Part shown: positions 43,101 through 55,141 of the stretch, piece after piece
How positions within the stretch are numbered: position 1 is the first letter of the stretch
Layout: every line of letters starts with the position of its first letter
NCBI GenBank assembly: GCA_030167865.1
Contig: JALAGF010004817.1
Coordinates: 62,001-117,415 of the forward strand
Source of the DNA: Craspedostauros australis
Taxonomy: Eukaryota
Direction: 5' to 3'
DNA: 55,415 nt
Translations under genes and position numbers: made by a program
The notes under the pieces: generated by a model
What the model was told of the DNA's origin: nothing
The model's database searches: none
Seen by the model: the letters and a program-made list of their open reading frames with translations, nothing else

Positions 43101-45674
43101 GTTTCTCTGCATTCGCCGCAATGTTCTCTCTGCGTTTCACGACGAGTGGGATATCGTTGTGTGTTTAGAGCTCCATTGTTACTCTTGCTCCACAGCATGC
43201 GATAGTATGTCCCATGGACGATGTTTCACAACGCCAAAGCACGAGTAGCTCCCAGGAGGAATCAACAAGTGCCAATGCAGAGAAGGGGAGAATATTTCCA
43301 GATTTCCTCTTCTGGTTCGGCATGGGTTGTGATCTATCTGCCTCTCTTCCTTGGGTTCCATGGCATTGCCATGCACAGAGTATAATTCAACTCGAGTCGA
43401 GTCGAGTACGAGCCACGGACTCCGGACAGAGCTTGGGCGATTTCGTTGCTGTTGCCGCGAGTGTTGCTTCTGGTGACTGTTGTGTTCACTGGTTGCTGTC
43501 GTTGGTTCCCGCACACATGTTTTTCGGCACGCTCTCGTACTTGCACGAAGGCATCAACAACCTCTGTTCCAAGGATAGATCATGATAGATTTAGAGTTTT
43601 CAAGGAGGAGGATGGGTGCTCGTGAAGCAGGAGCGTTCTTCGCCACCGAGCAGGAACAGGATGGTAAAACACGCCCTCGGTGTCTGTAGCCATAACACGT
43701 AGAGTATGGCAGATGGATGCCACTGCATACCCAGCAGAGACGCGACTGTTGGTGAGTGTCTGTATTGGTTGCTGTGTTGGTGTTCGAACTGGGATGCAGG
43801 TCGTACGTTTGGATGTGGCCAACGAGCTGCGAAACAGTTGGTACGGAGCCCCTTGTTGCCATACTCTGCTCTGCTCTGCTCTACTCCATACCAGTCACGC
43901 TTCGTTCGTCCGAATGTTGCATCCAACATTCTGATGCGCCAAGTGGGGTACCGCGATGCTGGATGCTGGACTCCACGCATTTTCGGCCCGCTTCTATGAC
44001 ACTGCATGAATGCGGACCTTGGCTTCACATTGGTCGTCGAACGTGGATCACACACAAAGCTGCAACCTCGTTTATGGTCGCTGGGAGTGGGGAGCTTGTC
44101 AATAGGGTTTGTCATTCTCTTCTGTACCATTCCATCCGCACCAATGAACATCTCCAAAGGGAAGCGGCCCCAACACCATCAACATGCGGTATCAATGAGG
44201 GCCCGTGTCGCGCTACATATTCTTAAGCACAGACTGACCTTTGACCCTGTGGCTCATGCCGTGATTTAACTTCTGGCTCATGCCATGCGCATACCAGTAC
44301 AGAACAGGTGCACTGCTTCCACAGTCGCAAACCAGCAAAAGAACGCACAGACATGGCAACAGGGGGCAAACCAAACCATTGGGCTGCCAGTGACCTGTCC
44401 TCAGCATCCGACGCCAAAGAGGAGAAGCGCAGCGACGCGATGGTGGCAAACAGAACACAGCAGGCGCCGCTTGGCTTTGATGGGAATTCCGCCGCACCCA
44501 AAGGTGTGATAATTCTTTACGCGGACGAAGTCGGCGAAGTTGCCATCACATGCCTACGCGTGGTACGTATCTGCACCGACGACGCTGAGCCGGCATCTTT
44601 GGATCGCTGTTCGTTGCTTTCGGTTGCTTTGTTGTACTTCTCTGTGTGGTTGTGTCCTCGGCGCAGAGAGTACTTTGTCTTTGTGTGGCTGATCGGCACC
44701 AGGCCAAGAAGCGGACGAGGCGACCCAAATCGGCCGATAGAATTATCCGGTGCCTGGAGCCTGTCTGCGCCGTTCAAGAAACAGGTTTCGTTCCCACCGC
44801 ATCTCCTTGCAGATGGTGGCGAGGTTTGTGGAGAGACGATGCTCTTCCTCGTTCCAAATCTACTCTACTCGTCTCTGCTCTGGTCTGTTCGACCCCGTTC
44901 ATCTCTGCTCTGCATGGGGCGCCGGATCTCCGGCGGAGAGGCTCTGGGGCGGCGCCGTTCTTTACCCCACTTCATTGCTATCGTGTATGGAAGATCGAGT
45001 AGTCAGCGCGGAGAGCAAGACCCAGCATAATAGAGCTCCGCAGAGCGCGATGAACTTGTCAATGATTCTTTTGCGTAGCGACTTCGTGGCTCAATGATAC
45101 AGAAGTTCAGATCTGTCTGTGTTCGTCGGCTTCGAACAGAATGGTGCTCGTAAAGCAGAGGATGGCAAGAGTTCTCTATCCGCTGGTATGACAGTAGCAG
45201 CAGCAGCAGCAGCAGTAGCAACAGCAGAAGCAGCAGCAATATGAGTGAGCCGTCTCAAATGCAACTTGAGAGTAGAGTTGAGTAAGAGCAAACAGCAACA
45301 ACGAACGAATTTATTGAAGTTCTGAATCACGTGTGTAGCCACAATTCAAGACTCACAACACGTTCCAACATGTCGTTCAATCGACTCCTTCGACTATATA
45401 TATCTAGCTAGTATCAACATAGACAACACAGAAGATACGGATATGGAAAATATTACCGAGCCTTCCAATACAAAAGATGCGAAGAGAAGCTTCAACGAAC
45501 ACAACGCAAGTCAAGATCTTGTGTGTCACGTGTCACCTCCACAAATCACTTCACTCCACTTCACTCGACATCACATTGCTTCACATCACATTGCTTCACG
45601 TCGCTTCACATCGCTTCACATCGCAACAGGTACCCACAGCAACCACAGACACCGACAACAACATCACAAAGACC

Positions 45675-46517
45675 ATGCCAAGTCCATCCACAATGCGTTC
45701 AGCGCCATCTCCAAGGCCCATGCCTGTCACGGCGGCGATCATGATCGCATCCACGTTGCTGGTGATGCTGCTGAGCATCGCGACACCTGCGGCAGGATTC
45801 GACGACGCCTTCAGCCGATGGTACCTCGAGCTCGTGTCGGGGGACAAGGCCACGCCGCTGCCGCGCAAGGACGGCCGGCCGTCCATCCGGCTGTCGTACC
45901 GCATCTCGAAGGACGTCAGCTTCTTCCGCAACGCCCGATTGAAGATGTTCACGGGCGACAAGTGCGACGAGGCGAATCTGTACACGGGCCGCCTCATGGT
46001 CATCTCCGACATGGACGAGAAGATCGAGCCTGGCACCAATTCGAAGATGCAGATCATGGACGTCGACATCCTGTGGAAGCAGTCCAAGTCCGGCGCCATT
46101 CCGCTGGGGGATGTGCAGTTCTGCATCCGCGTCAGTATCTTCACGGAGCGCGACTCGCAGGTGGGCGTGGAGAAGAACTTCGTGGATACCGTGGTCTGGT
46201 GGGACCTGTCCACCAACGAGGCGACGTTGTCGCTGCCGAGTGAGGGCGAAGCGATCGAAGAAGGCGAAGCAACGGAGTCCGATGGCGCCGCTGATTCTGA
46301 TGCCGGCACTGCCGAAGCGAGCGACGGGCAGGAAAAGACCGATGGCGATGGTGACGACAACAACGACAGCAACGACAGCGACGCTGAAGAGAAGGTCGAG
46401 AACAGCAAGGACGGCAAGGACGGCAAGCGCGGGAAGAAAAAGCGAGGAGGTGCATTCTCCGGCATGTTCGGCCGGTTCTTCAAGAAGAACGATGGTGCCG
46501 ACGCAGGCGACCTCTAG
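45675..46517 (+). CDS. Secreted or membrane-anchored hypothetical protein (280 aa) with a beta-rich Cys-pair domain and acidic-then-basic tail
   Basis: Hydrophobic leader IMIASTLLVMLLSIATPAAG-F. Ordered core with VQFCIRVSIF...NFVDTVV. GC3-rich codons. Confidence 0.8.
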   Translation: MPSPSTMRSAPSPRPMPVTAAIMIASTLLVMLLSIATPAAGFDDAFSRWYLELVSGDKATPLPRKDGRPSIRLSYRISKDVSFFRNARLKMFTGDKCDEANLYTGRLMVISDMDEKIEPGTNSKMQIMDVDILWKQSKSGAIPLGDVQFCIRVSIFTERDSQVGVEKNFVDTVVWWDLSTNEATLSLPSEGEAIEEGEATESDGAADSDAGTAEASDGQEKTDGDGDDNNDSNDSDAEEKVENSKDGKDGKRGKKKRGGAFSGMFGRFFKKNDGADAGDL

Positions 46518-47548
46518 AAAGAGGCAGAGGCAGAGAGAGAAACCCCTGGCCTTGACTTCCGTTTGCTTTTTCGAGCAGAGGGCAATCGCTAATTGTAATG
46601 TGAAGTGATGTAACGTAAAGTTGATGGAATCTGTAATCGCAATATCGCGTGAGTTTCACATGATGAGTGGTTGCTAGCGACACTCTATGTTCCGCAATGC
46701 CTGGTAACTCGATGGATTGTGTGGACCTGTCATTCTACTATGGTACGGCGCAAGGAGCACGCACGCTGTACTCCAAGATGATAAACGATTCTTTTGATGC
46801 ATAGCGTCTCAAATTCCCTTCGTCGTCAACCGTTGTGTCCTCTCATCGAGAAAAGCAGAACGTGGCTGGGTGGAGATGAATGAAAGATCTGGAGCTTGCC
46901 GCGTTGCCTGTCTCGCGATATCTCTCTCTCTTTGGATGTCTAGACTAAACACGTATTCTAGGACGAGAAGAAAAACAAGAGGCGAATGCCATGACTCCGA
47001 ATACACCGGCGTCGTTCTCTCGCTTAGTATCTTGCAAACATCAACGGGAATGACCCACTGACATGGCGCACTTAGAGCGAAGCGGAGAAACAATGGCGAA
47101 GCTCGTGAACGGCCTGTTGTTCTTCGTCGCCAATGTTGTTGTCAACGGTGGATGCAAGTGCAAACGTCGCACAAAGTTCGCGTGGCTACGCAGACAAGCA
47201 ACCAACACGACGGAAGCAATCCATTGCGTGGAGAGCGGCACGGTTCTCCTCTTTTTTGTCCTGCCGCTGGTTGCGAAATTCCACGTTCAGTTCATTGGGG
47301 ACATCACAAGAGGGGCACTTTTCTCCCATTCTGTGAGATGACACCAGACCGCGCTGCGACCATCACACCTCTGTCGGCTTCCACGACTGCAACCCGACAC
47401 CTTTGCACAAACAAACGCATAGATCCTTACTCGCACACTTCGCTAACTCACGCTACAGTGCACCCCCTTGGTTTGTGACACCACTCCAGCAACAGTCGAA
47501 GCAGCTGCAACTCGAAGCAAGCGGTCGAGCACCACCATACCCAGCACA

Positions 47549-47572
47549 ATCATCATCATCATCATCATCATC
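47549..47572 (+). repeat. (ATC)n microsatellite abutting the AMT start codon
   Basis: Direct reading: about 8 ATC units immediately before ATG 47573. Confidence 0.9.
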
Positions 47573-49539
47573 ATGACGTCGATCTATCAGGCCGAAGCGG
47601 GCAACATGACGAGCACCTACGAGAGATGCGTCGAGAGCGCCAGCGGCAACATTGACGCCCTGACGCGATGCGTGACGAAAGCCTTGACCGACCAGCACGA
47701 GGGCCTCGCGGCGCAGATCCACGCGCTGAACAGCGCCACGTACCGCACCGACGACGCCGACAACAACACCACGGACAAGATGCTGTTCTCGCGCGACCTC
47801 TTCCTCCTCTTCGCGGCGGCGCTCGTCTTCTTCATGCAGGCCGGCTTCGCCATGATCTGCGCAGGCGCCGTGCGCAACAAGAACCTGCAGAACACCATGC
47901 TCAAGAACATCCTCGATGCCTGCGGAGCGTCGATCTCATTCTTCGTCTTCGGCTACGCGTTCGCGTTCGGCGGCGACGACGATCCGCACTTCGACTACCA
48001 ACCCATCCACTCCGTCATCGGCACCGCCAACTTCTTTCTCATTGACCTCAACAACTTCCACGGCTGGCTCTTCCAGTACAACTTCGCCGCCGCGTCGGCC
48101 ACCATCATCGCGGGGACGTTGGTGGAGCGATGCCAGATGAAGGCCTACATCTACTACTCCATCTTCGTGTCGGGATTCGTCTACCCCATCGTCGCGCATG
48201 CCATCTGGAGCAAGCCGGGGTTCCTCAGCCCCTTCGCGGACGATCCCTTCCTCGACGTCGGCGTCCTGGACTACGCCGGCAGCTCGGTGGTGCACATCAC
48301 GGGCGGCGTCACGGCGTTGATCGCGACCTTCGTTCTGGGTCCGCGCAGGGGCAGATTTCATGAAGACATCACGGGTGAGCGGTTGGAGAAGCCTCGCAAG
48401 ATCACGGGGAATAGCGTCAGTCTGCAGGTACGTGATGTCAGGTTCATCGTTGCTGTTGCGTTGGGTGTGTCCGGATGGTTGGGAGCGGAATGTCGAATAG
48501 AGTTCGATGCTGAGCTGTGCCGCCCAGTTTGCCTCCCATGCAGCATGTGTTGTGAATGGATGCAAGCACAAGCAACTTGGGACCATACTCTACGAATGCA
48601 CGCATTTGCATCCCATACTCACATCTCCGATTCCACCTTCCATGCCGCTGCATACGACAGGTCGTCGGAACCTTCATCCTTTGGTTCGGATGGTACGGAT
48701 TCAACATCGGATCCGCGCTGTTGCTGGATGATGGCACGGCGGATTCCGCAAGCTACGAAATCGCCGCTCTGGCAGCCACCAACACAACGCTGTCGGCCGG
48801 TGTGGCAGGCATCGTTGCTCTCGTCGTGAATTACATCCAGCTCGATATCCGCAAGGGCGTGACCGTCTACGATCTGCTGCCAGCCATGAATGGCATTATC
48901 AGCGGTCTCGTCGCGATCTCGGCAGGATGCGGCATCGTGGAACCCATCGTGGCCGTCATCACGGGCGCCGGCGCTGGTCTCATGTACCTTCTCGGTTCTC
49001 ATCTCATGCTGTACTTCCGACTCGACGATGCCGTGGATGGGATTCCCGTTCACTTGGGTGGTGGCATGTGGGGGATGTTCGTGGTGGGCATCTTCGCGTC
49101 GCCGTCCAGACTCGAGGACGTCTACGGTGCATCGTCTCACCCTGGCCTGGCCTATTCCATCGGAGAGGACCACGTCGATGCCACATTGCTAGCAGCGCAG
49201 ATCACGGGCGTCGTCTTCACGCTGCTGTGGGCCACCTGCATGATGTGGCCGTTCTTCACCGTCCTGGATTGCTTCGGCTGGCTGCGATCGTCGCCGAGGG
49301 ATGAGCTGGCGGGTCTTGACAAGACCTTCGATCGCGGCGTTCTCGATGGCGTCGTTTCGTCCGGCTTTGTCAACTCCCTGCCCAAGGCGCAGCTGGAGAT
49401 GTACCGCACGATGGTGCGCCAGACGCTGGAATCGGGAAAGATCGGGGACAAGCGATTGAACGGGGCGGAACTCGATGCGCTGCGCGAACAGTCGAATGCT
49501 ATCTTCAGTGTGCGGACTCGACAACGCGGGACGAGATGA
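47573..49539 (+). CDS. AMT: Ammonium transporter, AMT1-like (577 aa, two exons)
   Basis: join(47573..48427, 48661..49539). FFMQAGFAM, FQYNFAA, LDYAGSSVVHITGG, ILWFGWYGFN, NGIISGLVAISAG, LDDAVDGIPVHLGGGMWG. Both pore His residues are present. Confidence 0.96.
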
Positions 49540-50020
49540 GTGCACGCGGGGTGCGTGCGTGCGTACGTGCGATGTACGAGGAGGGGTATTGCCAACTGGC
49601 TGGTCAGATGCTTGGCTGGATACCTGCCTGGATACCTGGCAGTTGGACTTGGAAAACACGACGCACCCTTGCACCATAGACTAGGCGAGCGCTACGTACT
49701 GTGCGTGGGGACGCACATCTATTGTAAATATTGTACCATAGAGCTATACGTATACACGACCACATCGACAGTCCGATGCAGGTTGCGATAGATGAATGCG
49801 GGGACACAGAAACATGACTTTTTTCATTTGAAAAGCTACATGGCCATTGTTGTCAATTCCAGCGCGATTGGTTGGGCAAAGCTTGGACGATTACGTTCGC
49901 CCACCTGGCCCATCCTTCGTCAAACTTCTATTCACCAGGCTCTTGCCACGTACCATCCCCGTCAAATAAGTGCGGATTGATGCACCATCGTGCAGCACAC
50001 GTCCCTTCATCCCACCACTT

Positions 50021-51541
50021 TCATCCCCCATTGAGTAGCTTGCGGGAGTGAATCGAGATGGCGTCGAGACCATGCTGCTTCACAAGATCACGCCACATCA
50101 GGCCGTCCGGATACCAACTCCATACCCACGATGAGTCCTCCGGAACTTGCTGATAAAGCAGGAGCCATTTAATGAGCTGCCCGGGCAAGAGGAAGAATTC
50201 TCGTTGCCGGGCTACGTCGTTGTCCAGAATGGCCGAGATTCCGTGCTGACCGCCATGTGACCACGGCGCATCGACGACATGGCGCGGAAACATGCCCCAA
50301 ACATACCCGGTGCCGTTGATATCCTTTGGTTTCGTCGTCTTCCAATACGTGATGGACGGTGTCGGCGAAACATCACACGCCTTCAACGATGGATGGCTCC
50401 CGATCCAATGCTCCATCGCGTACCGCTCGATGCCCAAATTCCAAGGCTGTTCGGACGGCACAAGTTCCCATTGCAGCATGCCGTCGTCGACCAGCTTGCG
50501 AACGTACGCGATGACTTCGTTCATGCGGGCCTCGAAGAGATCGGGCGCAATGAGCTGGTTGATGTACGAGCATTGCGCATTCCAGAAATTGCCCGTGAGG
50601 TGGATGCCTGGTCGTGGTAACCACAGCAGCCCGCAGACGTTGCAGCCGGCATTCTGTGCTGTTGCGACGCACGACCTGCTGGCGACGGCATTGAGCATGT
50701 GGCGTCGCCAGTAGCTCTGCCTTTTGTTGTTGTGGTACGAACCCTTGTTGTGCATGTACACGACCCTGTGGTCGGAATTGCGGCTGCAGTAATCGTACGC
50801 CCGCCGGATAGTCACTTCTTCGTAGCCTACATCGAGGTGCTGCAGATGGTGGAAGTGGATGTTGGATGCATTTCGCGTCGATGATACGTTCGGCCTAACA
50901 GCATCGATGATCGGCTGTTTCGTGTTGCTTTTTGGCACCATCGCGCCTCCCGTGGGCTGCGCATTCCCGTCTCCGTCGACTTCTGAGGATGGAGGTTGCA
51001 CAGCCTGGTCCATGAAGGAGATCGGAATGTCGACGTTAATGGAGGTGTAGTAGATGTTGAGAGGATGCGACTGAAAGCGATCGTAGGCACCCAGAAAGGA
51101 ATCACAGAGCTTGTTGATCTGCTCCTTCACGATCTTCCACCCTGAATTCTTGAGCTTGCGCGTTTCTTTCGAAATGAAGACGTGATAAAACACCGCCACA
51201 GGCGGAAAGCTAGCAGTGTCTGAAATTGATCCATCGTCCGTGCCGATCTCACCGAAGTGGGAATCTCGCTCGCCCGCAGCTGGATGCTGCGCCCTTGCGG
51301 TCGTTGGAGACGAGGAAAGCCAGCTGTTCAGAACCGACGCCTGATCGTCCATCTCTCCATGACCGCGATTGCCCATGCCATCAGTCCTGGCGACGCCGGA
51401 GCCGCCACTGAGTAAGATAGAATGGAAGTAGTACTGCACGAGGTTTCCGTAGAAGCAGACCATCGCGATCATGGCGAAGAACAACCGTCGCGTACGCACT
51501 GGCAACTTCATCGCTATGCCGATGACTTGGGCTCCGAGCAT
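50021..51541 (-). CDS. Type II membrane protein, putative glycosyltransferase-like family (YxHxKG / GNFW motifs)
   Basis: Single N-terminal TM (LFFAMIAMVCFYGNLV), a stem, then VFYHVF, YEEVTI, VVYMHNKGSYH, HLTGNFWNAQCSYI, RYAMEHWIGSHP. Start is ATG 51541 or 51511. Function inferred from topology. Confidence 0.75.
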   Translation of the reverse strand: MLGAQVIGIAMKLPVRTRRLFFAMIAMVCFYGNLVQYYFHSILLSGGSGVARTDGMGNRGHGEMDDQASVLNSWLSSSPTTARAQHPAAGERDSHFGEIGTDDGSISDTASFPPVAVFYHVFISKETRKLKNSGWKIVKEQINKLCDSFLGAYDRFQSHPLNIYYTSINVDIPISFMDQAVQPPSSEVDGDGNAQPTGGAMVPKSNTKQPIIDAVRPNVSSTRNASNIHFHHLQHLDVGYEEVTIRRAYDYCSRNSDHRVVYMHNKGSYHNNKRQSYWRRHMLNAVASRSCVATAQNAGCNVCGLLWLPRPGIHLTGNFWNAQCSYINQLIAPDLFEARMNEVIAYVRKLVDDGMLQWELVPSEQPWNLGIERYAMEHWIGSHPSLKACDVSPTPSITYWKTTKPKDINGTGYVWGMFPRHVVDAPWSHGGQHGISAILDNDVARQREFFLLPGQLIKWLLLYQQVPEDSSWVWSWYPDGLMWRDLVKQHGLDAISIHSRKLLNGG

Positions 51542-53311
51542 GTCTGGCACCGTGCGATTGCGATTACGAGCACGAGTAGGTGCGGTAGAACACGAGCTAC
51601 TCGAAGTATGCAGCACCACAGCGAGAACACCGCGGTCTTTTACCTGCAGCGGATGGATTGCTTGCTGTCGTCCAGTTCGCACGAATACTTGTGCGCTCTC
51701 ATTCCCCACCACGCAAGTGTCTTTCGTCCGTCCGCGTGGTCCTCATCCAAGCGGTGGTTCCAGGCAAACACCGTGCGCACTCGCAGCCCAGCTGGGATTG
51801 CGAGGCCTGTGATTCCTGCGTTGTGCTGTGCCGTGCTGTGGTGTGGTGTGGTGCTATTATAGTATCGTCGCACGAGTACGGATGAAGTGAACGCAGAGAA
51901 GCTGCGGAGGATGCATGGCAGCATCATGTGAGAACACAAGGCGAGTCATGACGAAGAGCGAAGTCTGTCTGGATGAGTTCCAGTGGCTTCACGCGGTCCC
52001 GTTTACTCGTGTCTCATATTGGCGCCAAAATGTCGACAAAACAACATGCTTTGACTCCACCGACACAACTACCACCGTCATCTCGGCTCTGTTCTGCTGT
52101 GAAACATACATCCGTGCTGCAAGTACGCAGTCTTTTCTGAAGAGAGGAGGACAACTATCACGTCTCCAATGGGTTTTAATTCTTCATGTATCTCTTGAAC
52201 AGGTAGGCTGTCAACGATGTCGTGTCAGAGTCTATTCTCTAGATAGCGTCGCACACGGGTACCACGCATCGGGATACGACAGATCAACTGTCGTGGTATC
52301 ATTGATGACGACGTTAGCGTGTCCCGAAATCTGGATCCAAACACCAAGATCGCTTCAACAACACTTGCGGTAGCCTTGGCGCCAACGTTGACATGGACAA
52401 AACAAATGGAGGGGCACAAACGCGATGAATGGGAGCTTTATCGGTCTGCTCGCAACTTGCTATCATGATTGACGCCAACACTTACCGGCATGGATGACCC
52501 ATGCAACGCACATGACTTTGACATCCCAAGGCTCCATCAGCTCGCCCAGATACTCCCTCTCTGACACGTGGCTACTCCCACCATGCCATGCTCCTCGGTC
52601 GTCCTCAGTCCTTGTCAGGCGCTCCCCGTGACTGCGCGGCTGGTGCAACAGTGAAGGCGTCGGAGATGACGAAGCGAGAAATCTTGTGTGCGGAGAGGGA
52701 ACTGTATCCTGGCGCTGTGCTTCTGATTGCTCGTATTGTACGCGGCGGTGCATTCGTGCAGTATCCAACCGATCAAGAGGGCATCGTGTCTCGGGTTGAC
52801 TGAACCAAGATCCGCGCCGCAAGAGCGAGCGCACGCCATTCACTTGGACCTGCTACTCCATGTTCTGGCTGCACTTGTCTTTCTACCCCGAAGCAAGATC
52901 TGGGCCGTGGTGCTTTCAGAAGTTGGCAACTGGAGGATTCCATCATCGATCTGGCGTGCCTAGTACTAAATGTATGAGTTCCACACCTTTCTGGGAGGTT
53001 TCGGAGGTGGAGAAGCACTTGTGCAAGTGAGCTGTCAACAAGGGTACATCGTTGCGAGTGGGTCTTGCTGGATCGATTGACATGCAGATCTTCTAGTACG
53101 CCCACGCAGCTTCAACGAACACGTGCCCTTCGTCTAACCCAATCAGATGAAATCGAAAGCAGCTGTTGCTGTTTCTGTTGCTGTTGCCGTTGCCGCTGGC
53201 GCAGGATCAATTCATTCGCATTGATGGCACCGAAGCATCCTGGCGACTTGTCCCATACGGCAGGTAGTGGTGGAGCAGAGTACTGCAGACGATTTGCGCC
53301 AACGCCATGGC

Positions 53312-53315
<4 letters not shown>

Positions 53316-53347
<32 letters not shown>
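53316..53347 (+). repeat. (TC)n microsatellite
   Basis: Direct reading, about 16 units. Confidence 0.95.
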
Positions 53348-53352
<5 letters not shown>

Positions 53353-55141
53353 GTTCTGCTGCATTCTGGCGCGAAACAGTGAGAAATCAAGAAACATCAT
53401 GTTCTCGAGCGCAGAGCAGGGGGTCAAGGTGTCTGCAATAGATACGCAGATGATCGGTTGCCTTCTTGTTTGCCTTTGTTGGCGACTTGCGTACCGAGAC
53501 TGTCCGCTTCTGTCCTCCTCAAGTGCAAACCTCAACCTGGACGTTGATTGATGACTTCGATCACTGTGTTCAACAGGGCGCCATCCATAGATCGTGGCTC
53601 GTACTCGTACTCCGCCAATTCGTTGTTTCTGCCTTTTTCCGATGCGACACGGTCACAAAATGTGAGGGTCTTTTCTTCTTGTACCTGTCCACGTCTGGTG
53701 AGACCGTTGGACATTTCTGCATGATTCGAACAGCTTCTGTTGTTGATGTATTCGCTGTTGATGTTACCCATGTAATTTGTTCCTTCCTTCCCATCCCATC
53801 ATCCCTCCTTCACTGGGTGACTGCTTTGCGTGTCTGGCGGTACTGGACGGAATCGATTTCTGCCATGAATCGTCGTTGCTATCCCTGTTGTTGCCTGGCG
53901 TGAATTGTCCAAAAGCCGCCTCCACAACGGATGGCATAGCGCGATAGCCAAAATCCTCATCCGATAGAGTAGCTCGCATCTCTCCTCTCCATGGTTAACG
54001 CAGATCTGCCCGCTGTCTGCGTTTGTGTGCGTATGAGTTGATGGTCGTAGAGTGGGAGGTGCTCCGCCACACACCAATACGAGTATGAGTATGAGTGCGA
54101 ATGGGAGGGAGAACGACGTCCAAATCCTCTCGTCTCACCAGCGACGACCCACCATCCATTCATCGAAGATGTCTGGCAACGCAAACCACTACCTACGCTG
54201 TCCACATCCACTGCCCACAAAGAAGAGCACAAGTAGACCATAACTAGCTATACTCAAAGCCTCTTTCCTCCCGCGCATGATACAAAAGGTGTCGTCGCCA
54301 AGACCTCGATGGTCGTGCAAGCCATAATTATAAGGTGGAGACAAGCCCGTTTTCACATTTTGTCGCTTGATACGGTAATAGTTGATCGTGTCATGGTAGC
54401 GAATGATGACAGTATTGCATCGAAAACTGACGTACGGCATCGGTATCAGTGTCCAGCCTTCTCCGTGTTCGTCGTGGAAAGGAGCTTTCGTCCATGAGAG
54501 GGTGTCTTGGCGCGCCTTGCTCTCCAAGGAGCCGGAGAGGTCTTCAAGATTGGACGCACCTCTTGATCCATAGCGACAACTTGTGCAGCAACCGCACTCC
54601 ACTTGTTCCCGTTCCAGTTCTTGTTCCTGTTCCTGTTCTTGTTCTCGTGGACGTAGAAATTGGAATGTCGTCATTGTTGGAGTACGAGCAGTGCTGGCAG
54701 AGAGTTCGATGGGTGGGTCATTGCACTTGGACAAAACGCACCAGATGCAAACTCGCAATGCAAATACTAGTGGAGTATGGCACCAGAAAGGGCCGAAGCA
54801 GCCTGATGGGAGGGCGAAAGACGCTGATGCAAGATGCGGCGGGATTTGGAAGGATGTGGAAAGGCTATCTCTGCACAAGGTGCGGACAGGCTGATACTCC
54901 AACTATGTTCGTACGGCCGACATGTGTGCTTTGATTTGCCACAGGAAGCGCGGTAAATACGTTTTCGGCGTCGTTTTCCGATGGGACTCCATTGGTAGTC
55001 CAAGCAGTCATCGTATAACATATTCACAATCTAGAAGGTACTCCCATAGACAGTTCATCGACGTAGTGTGAACATGGTATTACGGTTGGTCACTAGTTAT
55101 GTTATGTTGGTTGTTCGTGCTGCATGGGACTCACTCCAGTC

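Noticed and set aside
44308-45030. 240-aa plus-strand ORF (also 41952-42659 on the minus strand)
   Set aside because: Non-ATG starts, no codon bias, no domain motifs.
48428-48660. Apparent overlap or frameshift between two AMT ORFs
   Set aside because: Explained by a canonical phase-0 GT-AG intron.
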